Positions 52,578-62,211 of a DNA stretch of 64,000 nucleotides are shown one piece after another (positions within the stretch are counted from its first letter, which is position 1; each line of letters opens with the position of its first letter). The stretch covers positions 36,634-100,633 of the forward strand of contig JAIUNL010000017.1 of assembly GCA_020161835.1 (NCBI GenBank). Reading direction: 5' to 3'. The position numbers were made by a program, and so were the translations under genes. Source of the DNA: Bacteroidota bacterium (GTDB taxonomy: Bacteria > Bacteroidota > JABWAT01). The notes beneath the pieces were generated by a model, which saw only the letters and a program-made list of their open reading frames with translations, was not told where the DNA came from and did no database searches.

Positions 52578-54170
52578 TCACCTTAAATTGACAAGCAACC
52601 ATTCAGGTTGTGAGAGAAAACGGGTAAAATCATTTCCGCAACGAACTGCATCAGCGCCATCAACAACACGGTGATCACAGCTCCAGGAATGATACATCAT
52701 CCATCTGATTTCCAGCTTTCCGTCAATTACTACCGGTCGTTGCTGAATTTTTCCCGGCGCCATAATGGCAACTTCCGGGAAATTGATAACAGGAGTTGCC
52801 ATCAGACCGCCTACAGCACCCACATTTGAAATCGTAAAGGTACTGTCACGTAATTCATCCGGGCGGATTTGTCCGGATTTGGTGCGGTCTGCCAAATCTT
52901 TAAGTTCTCTGGCAATCTCGAAAATGGATTTTTTATCCAGATCTTTTAACACGGCTACGATAAGTCCGTTAGGCGTATCCATCCCGATACCAATGTTGTA
53001 ATACTTTTTCACCCGGATGACTTTTGCTGCTTCATCCAAAGTTGCATTACAAATCGGATTTCTTTTCAGGGATTCAACCAAAGCCTTCAACATAAAAGGC
53101 ATGTAAGTAAGTTTCAAACCTTCTTTTTCTGCAAGTGGTTTCAGCTTTTCACGCATTTCAACCAAAGCCGTGACATCCACTTCATCCATGTAAGTGAAGT
53201 GCGGGGCCGTAAAAACAGACTGAACCATTTTGTCGGCAATTTTTTTACGGATGCCGGCAAACGGAATTTCTTCAATCAAACCTGAAACAGATTGAGATGA
53301 AACCGGTGGTTGAATCGATTTAGGATTCGAAACGGCATGAACGGCAACAGCAGGTTTTTGAATTCCTGACTGAGCATTTTTCACATCCTCATCTGTGATC
53401 CGGCCATTTTTTCCGGAACCTGCAACCAAAGTCAGATCCACATTTAAATTTCTGGCCAATTTACGGGTTGCCGGAGTTGCCAGAACACTTCCACCATTTT
53501 TAACCGATGTTGTAACCGGAGAGGAAATGACTTTGGATTCAGGTTGACTTTCCTTCGCAGATGGTTTGCCATTTTTTACAGGTTCAGATAAAATCTGAAT
53601 GGAAAGCAAAGGTTTATGCACTTCAATCAGAGTTCCAACCGGACCATAAAGACGGGTAACTTTTCCTTTTTTGGGCGATGGAATCACAACTGTTGCCTTA
53701 TCAGTCATAACTTCAACCATCGGCTGATCTTCTACAATCAGATCACCTTCCTGAACGTACCATTTTACAATTTCACCTTCGGCAGTTCCTTCGCCAATAT
53801 CTGGCAGAAGAAATTCAAAGGATTCACTGTCTGATTCCGGTGATTTTTCGAAAAGCGGAGAAAACGATTCAAGTTCCATTTCAGCTTCAGAAACGGCTTC
53901 TGCATTTACTTCAGAATCCGCCAAATTAATTTCAAGCAAAGGAGAATGAACGGCTATGATATCGCCAATTTTGCCAAATAACCGGGAAACTTTTCCATTT
54001 TTGGGGGATGGAATGACAACAGTTGCCTTATCAGTCATGACTTCTACCATGGGCTGATCTTCGGTGATGGAATCCCCTTCCTTCACATACCATTTCACGA
54101 TCTCGCCTTCTGCGGTTCCTTCACCAATATCCGGAAGCAAAAACTGCCAGGATTTCATGTTTTTCTCCAT
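52578..54170 (-). CDS. 2-oxoacid dehydrogenase E2 acyltransferase with two lipoyl domains
   Basis: Two LPDIGEG...EVMTDKA lipoyl domains; ATPATRKLAR E3-binding; DHRVVDG. Confidence 0.95.
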   Translation of the reverse strand: MEKNMKSWQFLLPDIGEGTAEGEIVKWYVKEGDSITEDQPMVEVMTDKATVVIPSPKNGKVSRLFGKIGDIIAVHSPLLEINLADSEVNAEAVSEAEMELESFSPLFEKSPESDSESFEFLLPDIGEGTAEGEIVKWYVQEGDLIVEDQPMVEVMTDKATVVIPSPKKGKVTRLYGPVGTLIEVHKPLLSIQILSEPVKNGKPSAKESQPESKVISSPVTTSVKNGGSVLATPATRKLARNLNVDLTLVAGSGKNGRITDEDVKNAQSGIQKPAVAVHAVSNPKSIQPPVSSQSVSGLIEEIPFAGIRKKIADKMVQSVFTAPHFTYMDEVDVTALVEMREKLKPLAEKEGLKLTYMPFMLKALVESLKRNPICNATLDEAAKVIRVKKYYNIGIGMDTPNGLIVAVLKDLDKKSIFEIARELKDLADRTKSGQIRPDELRDSTFTISNVGAVGGLMATPVINFPEVAIMAPGKIQQRPVVIDGKLEIRWMMYHSWSCDHRVVDGADAVRCGNDFTRFLSQPEWLLVNLR

Positions 54171-55144
54171 CAGAATTCAAGTGTTTGTTTAATGGCCCAG
54201 AGAATCCTTTTCGGATTCGGGTAATATTCATAATCAAAGGAAAACGGGTAATGCGTATCCCAGCCGGTCATTCTTTGAATCGGGGCGTGGAGGTGAAGCA
54301 TATTCCGTTCATGCAAAGTTGCAGAAAGTTCTGCACCAAATCCGGAGGTTCTGGGTGCTTCATGAACAATCACACAACGACCGGTTTTCTTGACGGAAGC
54401 ATCCAGGGTTTCAATATCGTAAGGAATTATCGTTCTCAAATCGATTACTTCAACTGAAATTCCTTCTTTTTCAGCAAGCTTTGCAGCATCCATATTCACA
54501 TGATGGATTGCTCCCCAGCCAATTAAAGTAACCTGACTTCCCTCTTTTGCAATTCTCGCTTTTGAGATTGGAATTTCGTAATAATCAGTTGGTACATCAG
54601 CTTTTGATGACCGGTAGATTTTCTTCGGCTCGAAAAACAGAACCGGATTCTGGTCTTTTATTGACGCAAGCAACAATCCCTTTGCTTCGTACGGATCGGA
54701 TGGAATAACTATTTTAATTCCGGGAGCATGTGTATAAAAACTTTCAGGTGACTGTGAATGGTACAAACCACCGTTGATACCACCTCCGTAAGGGGTTCTG
54801 ATCACCATCGGCACCGGCCACTGTCCGCCTGAACGGTAACGGGATTTTGCAATTTCATTGACAATCTGGTCAAAAGCCGGGTACATATAATCTGAAAACT
54901 GGATTTCAGCAACGGGTTTTAACCCGTACAAAGCGAGGCCAAAAGCAAATCCGGCAATTCCCTGTTCACAAATCGGCGCATCGAAGCAACGTTCCGTTCC
55001 GTACTTTTCCTGAAGTCCTTTTGTTGCTCTGAAAACCCCGCCGTAATATCCGGAATCTTCACCGAATGCAACCACATCAGGGTCACGTTCAAACGAAAGA
55101 TGAAGTGCATTATTGATGGCTTCAATCATGTTCATAATTGGCAT
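54170..55144 (-). CDS. 2-oxoacid dehydrogenase E1 beta (branched-chain type)
   Basis: GEDSG..GGVFRAT, EIQFSDY, GGLYHSQSPE, EVIDLRT. Confidence 0.92.
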   Translation of the reverse strand: MPIMNMIEAINNALHLSFERDPDVVAFGEDSGYYGGVFRATKGLQEKYGTERCFDAPICEQGIAGFAFGLALYGLKPVAEIQFSDYMYPAFDQIVNEIAKSRYRSGGQWPVPMVIRTPYGGGINGGLYHSQSPESFYTHAPGIKIVIPSDPYEAKGLLLASIKDQNPVLFFEPKKIYRSSKADVPTDYYEIPISKARIAKEGSQVTLIGWGAIHHVNMDAAKLAEKEGISVEVIDLRTIIPYDIETLDASVKKTGRCVIVHEAPRTSGFGAELSATLHERNMLHLHAPIQRMTGWDTHYPFSFDYEYYPNPKRILWAIKQTLEF

Positions 55145-55145
55145 A

Positions 55146-56252
55146 TCAGCGTTTCCCTTCATTTTTCAAAAAGGTGATCAACTGATTTTTCTGTTCCCTG
55201 AGGTTCCAGGGTAATTCATCAAAAATATCTTCAAAAAGAGCATCCATTTCAGGTTTTGGCGTATTTTCAGCAACTTTTATGGCATCAAGCAGTTCTTTTT
55301 CACAGGCCTTTTCCCAATCCTGTTCTTCCTTCATTGACCAAAGTCCCTGATTTCCAAGAAATTTCCTGAGTCTGACAGCAGGTTCCTTCAATTTCCAGGG
55401 GCCGTCATCTTTTTCTTCACTTCTGTAGGCAGACGGATCGTCGGAAGTTGAATGTGAACTTAACCGGTAAGTCAAGGCCTCAATTAAGGTGGGTCCGTTG
55501 CCTTTTACAGCACGTTCCCGGGCCTGACGAACAATGTCGATAACAGCGAATAAATCATTTCCATCCACACGAACGCCTTCAATTCCATATGCAACAGCTT
55601 TTACTGCAATATTTTCGGCAGCGGTCTGACGGTGAAACGGTGTTGAAATGGCCCAGCCATTATTCCGGCAAAAGAAAATGGCAGGTGCTTTATACACACC
55701 GGCAAAGTTTAATCCGGCATGGAAATCACCTTCAGATGTGGTTCCTTCACCGAAGAAAGCAAGGGCTACGGAATCTTTCTTTTTGATTTTCATGGCATAA
55801 GCGGCACCGGCACATTGCGGAATCTGAGTTCCGAGCGGAGAAGAAATCGTAACCAGATTCAGGTTTCGGCTTCCCCAATGCATGGGCATTTGGCGGCCTT
55901 TGTTCAAGTCACCTGAATTGCCAAAAATCTGATTGATAAATTGCTGGAGGGTTAATCCTCTTACGAAGGCAGCACCGTGCTCCCGGTATTGCGGAAACAT
56001 CCAATCCTGAGGTTTCAAGGCATAGGCTGTTCCCACGTGAGTGGCTTCTTCACCCTGAGTTGCCATATAAAAGGCAATTCTGCCCTGTCTCTGCATTTTA
56101 AACATCCGGGAATCGATGACCCTGACTTTTAATATGGTTTTGAACAGATCGACGATATCTTCCTTTGGCATATCAGGAACTGATGCACCTTTCAGAAGTT
56201 CGCCGTTTTCATCAAGTATCTGGTGAACTGGCAGTTTTGGCGCTTTGGCCAT
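55146..56252 (-). CDS. 2-oxoacid dehydrogenase E1 alpha (branched-chain type)
   Basis: QRQGRI.FY, KGRQMPMH, FGEGTTSEGDFH, NNGWAIST, HSTSDD. Confidence 0.92.
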   Translation of the reverse strand: MAKAPKLPVHQILDENGELLKGASVPDMPKEDIVDLFKTILKVRVIDSRMFKMQRQGRIAFYMATQGEEATHVGTAYALKPQDWMFPQYREHGAAFVRGLTLQQFINQIFGNSGDLNKGRQMPMHWGSRNLNLVTISSPLGTQIPQCAGAAYAMKIKKKDSVALAFFGEGTTSEGDFHAGLNFAGVYKAPAIFFCRNNGWAISTPFHRQTAAENIAVKAVAYGIEGVRVDGNDLFAVIDIVRQARERAVKGNGPTLIEALTYRLSSHSTSDDPSAYRSEEKDDGPWKLKEPAVRLRKFLGNQGLWSMKEEQDWEKACEKELLDAIKVAENTPKPEMDALFEDIFDELPWNLREQKNQLITFLKNEGKR

Positions 56253-56393
56253 GGACTCTCTCCTGATTAACAGATTTATTGTGTGCGAAAATACAAGTCA
56301 GAGTTTAAAATGCAAAGAGTGTATTTGCATATTCAGGTACATTAATTTGGGTAATAAGTTAATGGCACTTTTCCGATTCTTTTGGGGCGCGGA

Positions 56394-56494
56394 ATTCTTC
56401 GATACACCAAATCCGTAAAACAGATTTGGCACTCAGAATGACAAATTTTTTAATCTTGTTTTACCACTTATCACTTGTCTCTTGTCCCAAGTCA
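56394..56494. repeat. REP-like half element plus 7-bp repeat run abutting the lipA stop
   Basis: ATTCTTCGATACA-CCAAATC..GATTTGG-CACTCAGAATGACA (56394-56443); ttaccac ttatcac ttgtctc ttgtccc aagtcac (from 56461). Confidence 0.75.
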
Positions 56495-57406
56495 CCTGAC
56501 CATTCGTCGCTCTTCAATCATTCCTTTGACAAATAACTCCCCTGCCCGGTAAGAAGTTCTTACCAACGGACCGGATGCAACATATAAAAATCCCATTTCA
56601 CGACCTAATTTTTCGTATTCTTTGAAAACATCAGGGTGAACATATTCCTGGACTTCAAGATGCCAGGATGTTGGCTGCAGATACTGACCAATGGTCAGAA
56701 TATCAACGTGATTGGCTCTTAAATCCTGCATCGTTTGAATAACTTCTTCTTTTGTCTCACCAAGGCCAACCATGATGGAAGATTTGGTAAACTGATGCGG
56801 GTAATTTGTTTTCACCCAGTTTAATATAGAAAGTGACTGATCGTAACTGCAGCGGACATCCCTGACTTTTGGAGTCAAAGCACGGGTTGTTTCGACATTA
56901 TGAGCATAAACTTCCGGGTTGGCATCTGCGACAATTTTTACCTGATCGAAATTTCCACGAAAATCACCGGCGAGAATTTCAATCATTTTTTTCGGATCCT
57001 GCCTGCGGATAGCCGAAATAGTTGCTGCAACCTGACCGGCGCCGCCATCTTCAAGATCATCACGGTCAACCATGGTTAAAACCACATATTCCAGTTTCAT
57101 CACAGCAGCAGAATGTGCAATTTTTGAGGGTTCAAGAGGATCAACATCCTCACCCTGCTTTGCCGTATTGATGTGGCAGAACCGGCAGCCCCGGGTACAG
57201 GTTTTACCCAGAATGATAAAAGTAGCCGTACCGCCACCCCAGCATTCAGACATGTTGGGGCATTTGGCTTCCTGGCAAACTGTTGATAATTTATTATCGT
57301 TTACCAACCCTTTTATCTGCTGATAACGTTCACCACCCGGTGGGGTAATTTTAAGCCAATCCGGCTTTTTAATACTGACTGGTTTATCCTGAATCATAAC
57401 TTCCAA
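56492..57406 (-). CDS. lipA: Lipoyl synthase
   Basis: TVCQEAKCPN..ECW, CTRGCRFC, HNVET, GPLVRTSY. Confidence 0.97.
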   Translation of the reverse strand: MEVMIQDKPVSIKKPDWLKITPPGGERYQQIKGLVNDNKLSTVCQEAKCPNMSECWGGGTATFIILGKTCTRGCRFCHINTAKQGEDVDPLEPSKIAHSAAVMKLEYVVLTMVDRDDLEDGGAGQVAATISAIRRQDPKKMIEILAGDFRGNFDQVKIVADANPEVYAHNVETTRALTPKVRDVRCSYDQSLSILNWVKTNYPHQFTKSSIMVGLGETKEEVIQTMQDLRANHVDILTIGQYLQPTSWHLEVQEYVHPDVFKEYEKLGREMGFLYVASGPLVRTSYRAGELFVKGMIEERRMVR

Positions 57407-57707
57407 TATAGATGCGGTAAAGATACAAAAAAAGACCCGAACCGGAAACCTGGAACGCTTTACGGGGTAAGTTGTACGTTTTACGATGTAAGAGGTGATA
57501 AAAAGTCACGTCACCTTGGTCACATATCCTTTTAAAGACTCTACTAAGCTTTTGTTTTTATCGCTGCAAAACCATTAACAAAGATTTTTTTCTAAAAGTT
57601 GTAAAAAGACGTGAAAAGTTCATTTTGAGAAGGATGTCCTGTTTCAAAGCACAACAAAGTCAGAAATCATCACTTATCTTTGTTAACAAATTAAATCGCA
57701 GTCAATT

Positions 57708-60536
57708 TTGAAACCCACATTTCTCCTTCTTGCCTGCCTGCTTTCCGGAATTTCTGTTTCCTTTTCGCAGGTCACTCTATCCACAAAAACCATTGGATTT
57801 GGTTCAAAACCAGCCAATGTTAAAGACAGTCTGTTTGTTACAGTAAACAATCCGACTACAACTGCTGTCACGATCGGTTCACTTTCCAGTTCAGATTCTG
57901 CTTTTACCCTACGGGCTGAGGCATCAGTTATTCCTGCTAATTCATCAAAAAAAGTCTGGATCCGAATAAAAGCGCCAAACAATATCAATTACAGTGAACG
58001 TGTTTTTATTACGGTTCCCACAACCCTGCAATCTTTTATTCTTACCGTTACCGCTTCAGTTTATTATACTGACAACGGAACTTACTATTCTACAACCCAA
58101 AATTTGTGGGATAATCAGCTCAGAGATACCCTTCAGGCTATAACCGGAAGGGGCTACAATGCACACTCAACGAGTGCAAGTTCTTCCTACGATCAGATGC
58201 GGGAATACATGTACGCCACAGCGGATGATTATGACTCTCAGGACACCATCGAATGTGTTTACACAGGTATAAAAGGACACGTAACCGGGCGGGCAGATGC
58301 TTTTGTTGCACCCTATAATTTCAATGCAGAACACACCTGGCCTCAGTCGATGTTTGATGATGTAAACGGAAATCCGGTTTTGCCGATGTACTCAGACATG
58401 CACCATCTTTTCCCGGCAAATGCAACGGCAAATCAGGTAAGAAGCAATTATCCTTTCGGAATTGTTACCGGAACACCAACCTGGGCTGTCGGCGGATCAC
58501 AACGGGGAACGTTAACGACTGGCGGAACCGGATTTGAACCCCGTGATGTCCATAAAGGAAATGCAACACGGGCCATGTTTTATTTTATTACCCGGTATCA
58601 GAATTACTCGAACTTCATGACAACTGCTTTTGAAGGAACGCTGAGAAAATGGGCGAAATCTGATCCGGTTGACGCCAATGAAAAAACCCGGAATTCACGA
58701 ACCCAAACCTGGCAGGGGAACCGGAATCCATTCATTGATCACCCGGAATTTATTGACCGGATTTATGATTTTGTGAACCGGCTTGTAAGACCAGATCAGC
58801 CAAAACTGGCCATTGCTTCAACCAATGTTGTTTTCGGTGCAAAACCGTCTGGAACAACCACAAGTTTTTATCTGAAATTTACCAATACCGGACCCAAAGT
58901 CACCAACCTTGAATCTGCAAGTATCACCGGAACCGGCTTCTCAGTTGGCTACAAACCTGCGACAAATAAAACCATTGCAAAGGGAATTGCCGACTCTATT
59001 GAGATCAGATATACATCTTCAAATTCATCGTTAATTCCAACAGGAAGCCTCACAATTTCACTGGCACTTGCAACCTCAAGTCAGGTTTTCACTATTCAGT
59101 TAAATGGTTCAGGAAACGGTAACTTCAATAATTCTGGCGGAACCGTTACCGGCACAACACCAACTGGAAGTACAAGTGCTGTTACCGGGTTAACAACTTC
59201 CGGAATTTCACAATCCAGTGCCACCTTGTCCTGGTCACTTCCTTCTGATTATGATGCAGGATTAAATGATGTGATTGTACTCATGAAACAGAGATCAAGT
59301 CCTTCTGCTGCTTCCGGAAATATTTCTTCAGTTGTCGCAAATTCTGATTTCTCCCTTGCAACAAGCCAGCTCAATTCTGACGGGAAATTGATTTATCGTG
59401 GGGATGGAAGTTCGGTCAGTGTGACAGGTTTACTACCTTCAACTACCTATTTTGCCGATGTTTATGTTGTTCTTTCTTCGATTTCCTATTCATCAGTTAC
59501 TGAAGGTACTCTTACCACCAGCACACCGGTTTCAACTGATTTGATAAACGAGGGATTTGCATCCGGGTCAACAGCTCCATCAGGTTGGACATTTACTGGT
59601 GTTGGAACCTATACAACTTCCGGAAATTTTGGTGCTTTATCACCTTCTCTTCGGTTCGATAACACAGGCGATCAGATTATTTCACCTGTATTTTCTTCAC
59701 CTTCTCAGCTTTCTTTCTGGTATAAAGGTCAATCTACTTCCGGATCATCATTTAAAGTTGAAGAATTAAACGGATCTTCAGGTTTATGGACGGAAGTTGT
59801 TACCATTACCAACTTTGCAACTACGGGAACGACGGTTTCTTTTCCGCTTCTGACAACTTCAACGCAGCTCAAATTCACCTACACAAAAAACCTGGGAAAT
59901 CTTTCTTTTGATGATGTAAAAGTCACCGGAATTTCTCTTCCTGTTGAATTGATGAATTTCACGGGATCCATTTCAAATGGAAAACTTAGCCTTAATTGGC
60001 AAACCGCTACGGAAACAAATAATTATGGGTGGGAAATGGAATATCTGGAGTCTGAAGTCAGCCCTTCGACTCCGCTCAGGGACCAAAGTGAGAAGAAAGA
60101 ATGGGAAACCATTGGCTTTGTGGCAGGAAAAGGTACCACAACTGAAACCCAGTCTTATGCATTTGCATTACCCGTTACCCGTAATATGTCACTCTTAACC
60201 CTAAGACTAAAGCAAATTGATCTCGACGGAACGGTTTCCTACTCACCTGAAATTGAATTAAGTCACTTACCTGATGGATTTGTGTTGATTAAGGCTTACC
60301 CGAATCCTTTTAATCCGGAGACCAAACTTGAAATCAATCTGCCTGAAAAAAGTGAAATAAACCTTGTTTTGTATAATTCATTGGGACAGCAAATTAAAAT
60401 CATTGATTCCGGTAAAAAAGAGTCAGGATTGCACTTTTACACTATTTCCGGCAATCAATTAAGTTCAGGTATTTATTTTGTCACTTTATCAGCCGGAAAG
60501 CAAAAAAAATCAGTTAAACTTGTTTTACTGAAATAA
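57708..60536 (+). CDS. Endonuclease I (His-Me) family nuclease with Ig/FN3 domains and T9SS CTD
   Basis: TTG start and signal peptide; NAEHTWPQS, DMHHLFP...N..RSN.PFG, KGNATRAMFY, QGNRNPFIDHPE; LPVEL and AYPNPFNP CTD. Confidence 0.9.
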   Translation: MKPTFLLLACLLSGISVSFSQVTLSTKTIGFGSKPANVKDSLFVTVNNPTTTAVTIGSLSSSDSAFTLRAEASVIPANSSKKVWIRIKAPNNINYSERVFITVPTTLQSFILTVTASVYYTDNGTYYSTTQNLWDNQLRDTLQAITGRGYNAHSTSASSSYDQMREYMYATADDYDSQDTIECVYTGIKGHVTGRADAFVAPYNFNAEHTWPQSMFDDVNGNPVLPMYSDMHHLFPANATANQVRSNYPFGIVTGTPTWAVGGSQRGTLTTGGTGFEPRDVHKGNATRAMFYFITRYQNYSNFMTTAFEGTLRKWAKSDPVDANEKTRNSRTQTWQGNRNPFIDHPEFIDRIYDFVNRLVRPDQPKLAIASTNVVFGAKPSGTTTSFYLKFTNTGPKVTNLESASITGTGFSVGYKPATNKTIAKGIADSIEIRYTSSNSSLIPTGSLTISLALATSSQVFTIQLNGSGNGNFNNSGGTVTGTTPTGSTSAVTGLTTSGISQSSATLSWSLPSDYDAGLNDVIVLMKQRSSPSAASGNISSVVANSDFSLATSQLNSDGKLIYRGDGSSVSVTGLLPSTTYFADVYVVLSSISYSSVTEGTLTTSTPVSTDLINEGFASGSTAPSGWTFTGVGTYTTSGNFGALSPSLRFDNTGDQIISPVFSSPSQLSFWYKGQSTSGSSFKVEELNGSSGLWTEVVTITNFATTGTTVSFPLLTTSTQLKFTYTKNLGNLSFDDVKVTGISLPVELMNFTGSISNGKLSLNWQTATETNNYGWEMEYLESEVSPSTPLRDQSEKKEWETIGFVAGKGTTTETQSYAFALPVTRNMSLLTLRLKQIDLDGTVSYSPEIELSHLPDGFVLIKAYPNPFNPETKLEINLPEKSEINLVLYNSLGQQIKIIDSGKKESGLHFYTISGNQLSSGIYFVTLSAGKQKKSVKLVLLK
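60061..60086. repeat. REP-like element inside the nuclease CDS
   Basis: 26/26 reverse-complement identity to intergenic 18579-18604. Confidence 0.85.
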
Positions 60537-62211
60537 CGCCATTTGGTGCACTTTCTGCATTAAAATAATTATTCCGGATTGCCTGAATCCACATTTCTTT
60601 ACTTGCAAATTCAGACGGAAACAGGAATTTAAGACTTTTCCGGTTTTTGTAAGTCCAATTCAAAACAATTCTGATTTCATCCACTGCATCAGTTCTGATC
60701 CAGGGCATTTCTTTAACGGTTTTTCCCATTTCATAAAAAGAAGAAATTTCATCCCAAAAGCCTGACTGATCACCATCCTGTACCAAAACGCCATGAGTTA
60801 CCAGCATTCCGAATCTGACCAGATAATAATCAATTTCCCCCTCTTTTACCCTGACCATCAGAAACGTATTTTCATTCAAACTTCCACCTGACGTAACATG
60901 CTTAAAAGTCAGTTTTTCAATTTCTCTAAGCTTGTCACGCAATTTGGCTGCCTGTTCAAATTGTTCAGCCTCAGCAAAATCAGACATTTTCCCTTCCATA
61001 AACAACAGTAATTCCTTCCCGCGACCAGAAAGCAATCTCCTGATGAGTTCAATTCCCTTCTGATAGTCCTCTTTTGAAACCTCACCGGCACATGGACCCG
61101 AACACTTTTTCATTCCATAAAAACTGCACAATTTTCCCCGTGAAAACGTGACGTCATCACACGGTCTGATTAAGCCTGAGTGCTCTGCAACATCCATTAA
61201 AAGCGAGGTCACAGCCTTCCCGTTAAACGGACCAAAATAATCAGCTCCATCTTCCCTGATTTCTTTTAAAACAGAAAGGGTTGGATACGGATGGATTCTG
61301 TTGAGACGGATAAACGGATATTGTCTGAGTTTAAGCTGTACGGTGTTAAACTGGGGCTTAAATCGCTTGATGAGACGTGATTCGATCACCAATGCATGAA
61401 GTTCGTCACCGGTTTCAAGAAATCTTATTTCAGACGTCTGCTGGAGCATTTTGGGCCATTTTTTAGCTTTTGCATGAAAACCGGAGAAATAAGTAAGAAT
61501 TCTTTCTTTGAGATTGGCTGATTTTCCAACGTATAAAACCTGTTCATCCTTGCCGATAAACTGATAAATTCCGGGTCTTTCAGGAAACGAACTTGCAACA
61601 GAATCCCTCAGTTTTTTAATTTTTTCAAGATTCATTTTCGGCAATTTGACCGGTAAATACTGGAAGGCCAGAATTTCTTCTGCTGATGTGCGATTTTCTT
61701 CTTCTTCAAGTTTTGCCAGCATTCTGATCAGCAACAATGCAGTTGCCTCTGCATCACCTGCTGCCCTGTGAGCATTCACAAGACGGATTCCGAGACTTTT
61801 AACAAGATTCCCGAGAGAATGTGACTTCAGTGTCCGGTGAAGTCTTCTTGATAATCTGACGGTACACAATGCCTGTCCGGTCATTTCAGAAAAGCCGGTT
61901 CGTCTGAGTTCCTGATTCAGTATGGAGACATCAAAATGTGCATTGTGAGCAACAACAATTGTCCCTTTCATGTAATCAAGATACTCTTTTGCAACTTCAG
62001 AGAAACCAGGAGCATCCCACACCATTCGGTCAGATATTCCGGTCAGCTCGGTGATAAACGATGGAATATGAATCCCTGGATTGATCAGCGTATTTTTTCT
62101 TTCAGTTATTGCGCCATTTTCAACCCTTACGCAGGCGATTTCGATAATTCTTGCTGACGGACCCATTCCTGTCGTTTCAAGATCCACAACAGTAAAAATT
62201 GGATTATTCAT
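60514..62211 (-). CDS. DEDDh (DnaQ-like) exonuclease fused to a UvrC/Cho-like GIY-YIG nuclease and UVR domain
   Basis: [20 protein letters not shown]; PGIYQF......LYVGKS.NL.ER; FEQAAKLRD. Confidence 0.9.
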   Translation of the reverse strand: MNNPIFTVVDLETTGMGPSARIIEIACVRVENGAITERKNTLINPGIHIPSFITELTGISDRMVWDAPGFSEVAKEYLDYMKGTIVVAHNAHFDVSILNQELRRTGFSEMTGQALCTVRLSRRLHRTLKSHSLGNLVKSLGIRLVNAHRAAGDAEATALLLIRMLAKLEEEENRTSAEEILAFQYLPVKLPKMNLEKIKKLRDSVASSFPERPGIYQFIGKDEQVLYVGKSANLKERILTYFSGFHAKAKKWPKMLQQTSEIRFLETGDELHALVIESRLIKRFKPQFNTVQLKLRQYPFIRLNRIHPYPTLSVLKEIREDGADYFGPFNGKAVTSLLMDVAEHSGLIRPCDDVTFSRGKLCSFYGMKKCSGPCAGEVSKEDYQKGIELIRRLLSGRGKELLLFMEGKMSDFAEAEQFEQAAKLRDKLREIEKLTFKHVTSGGSLNENTFLMVRVKEGEIDYYLVRFGMLVTHGVLVQDGDQSGFWDEISSFYEMGKTVKEMPWIRTDAVDEIRIVLNWTYKNRKSLKFLFPSEFASKEMWIQAIRNNYFNAESAPNGVISVKQV

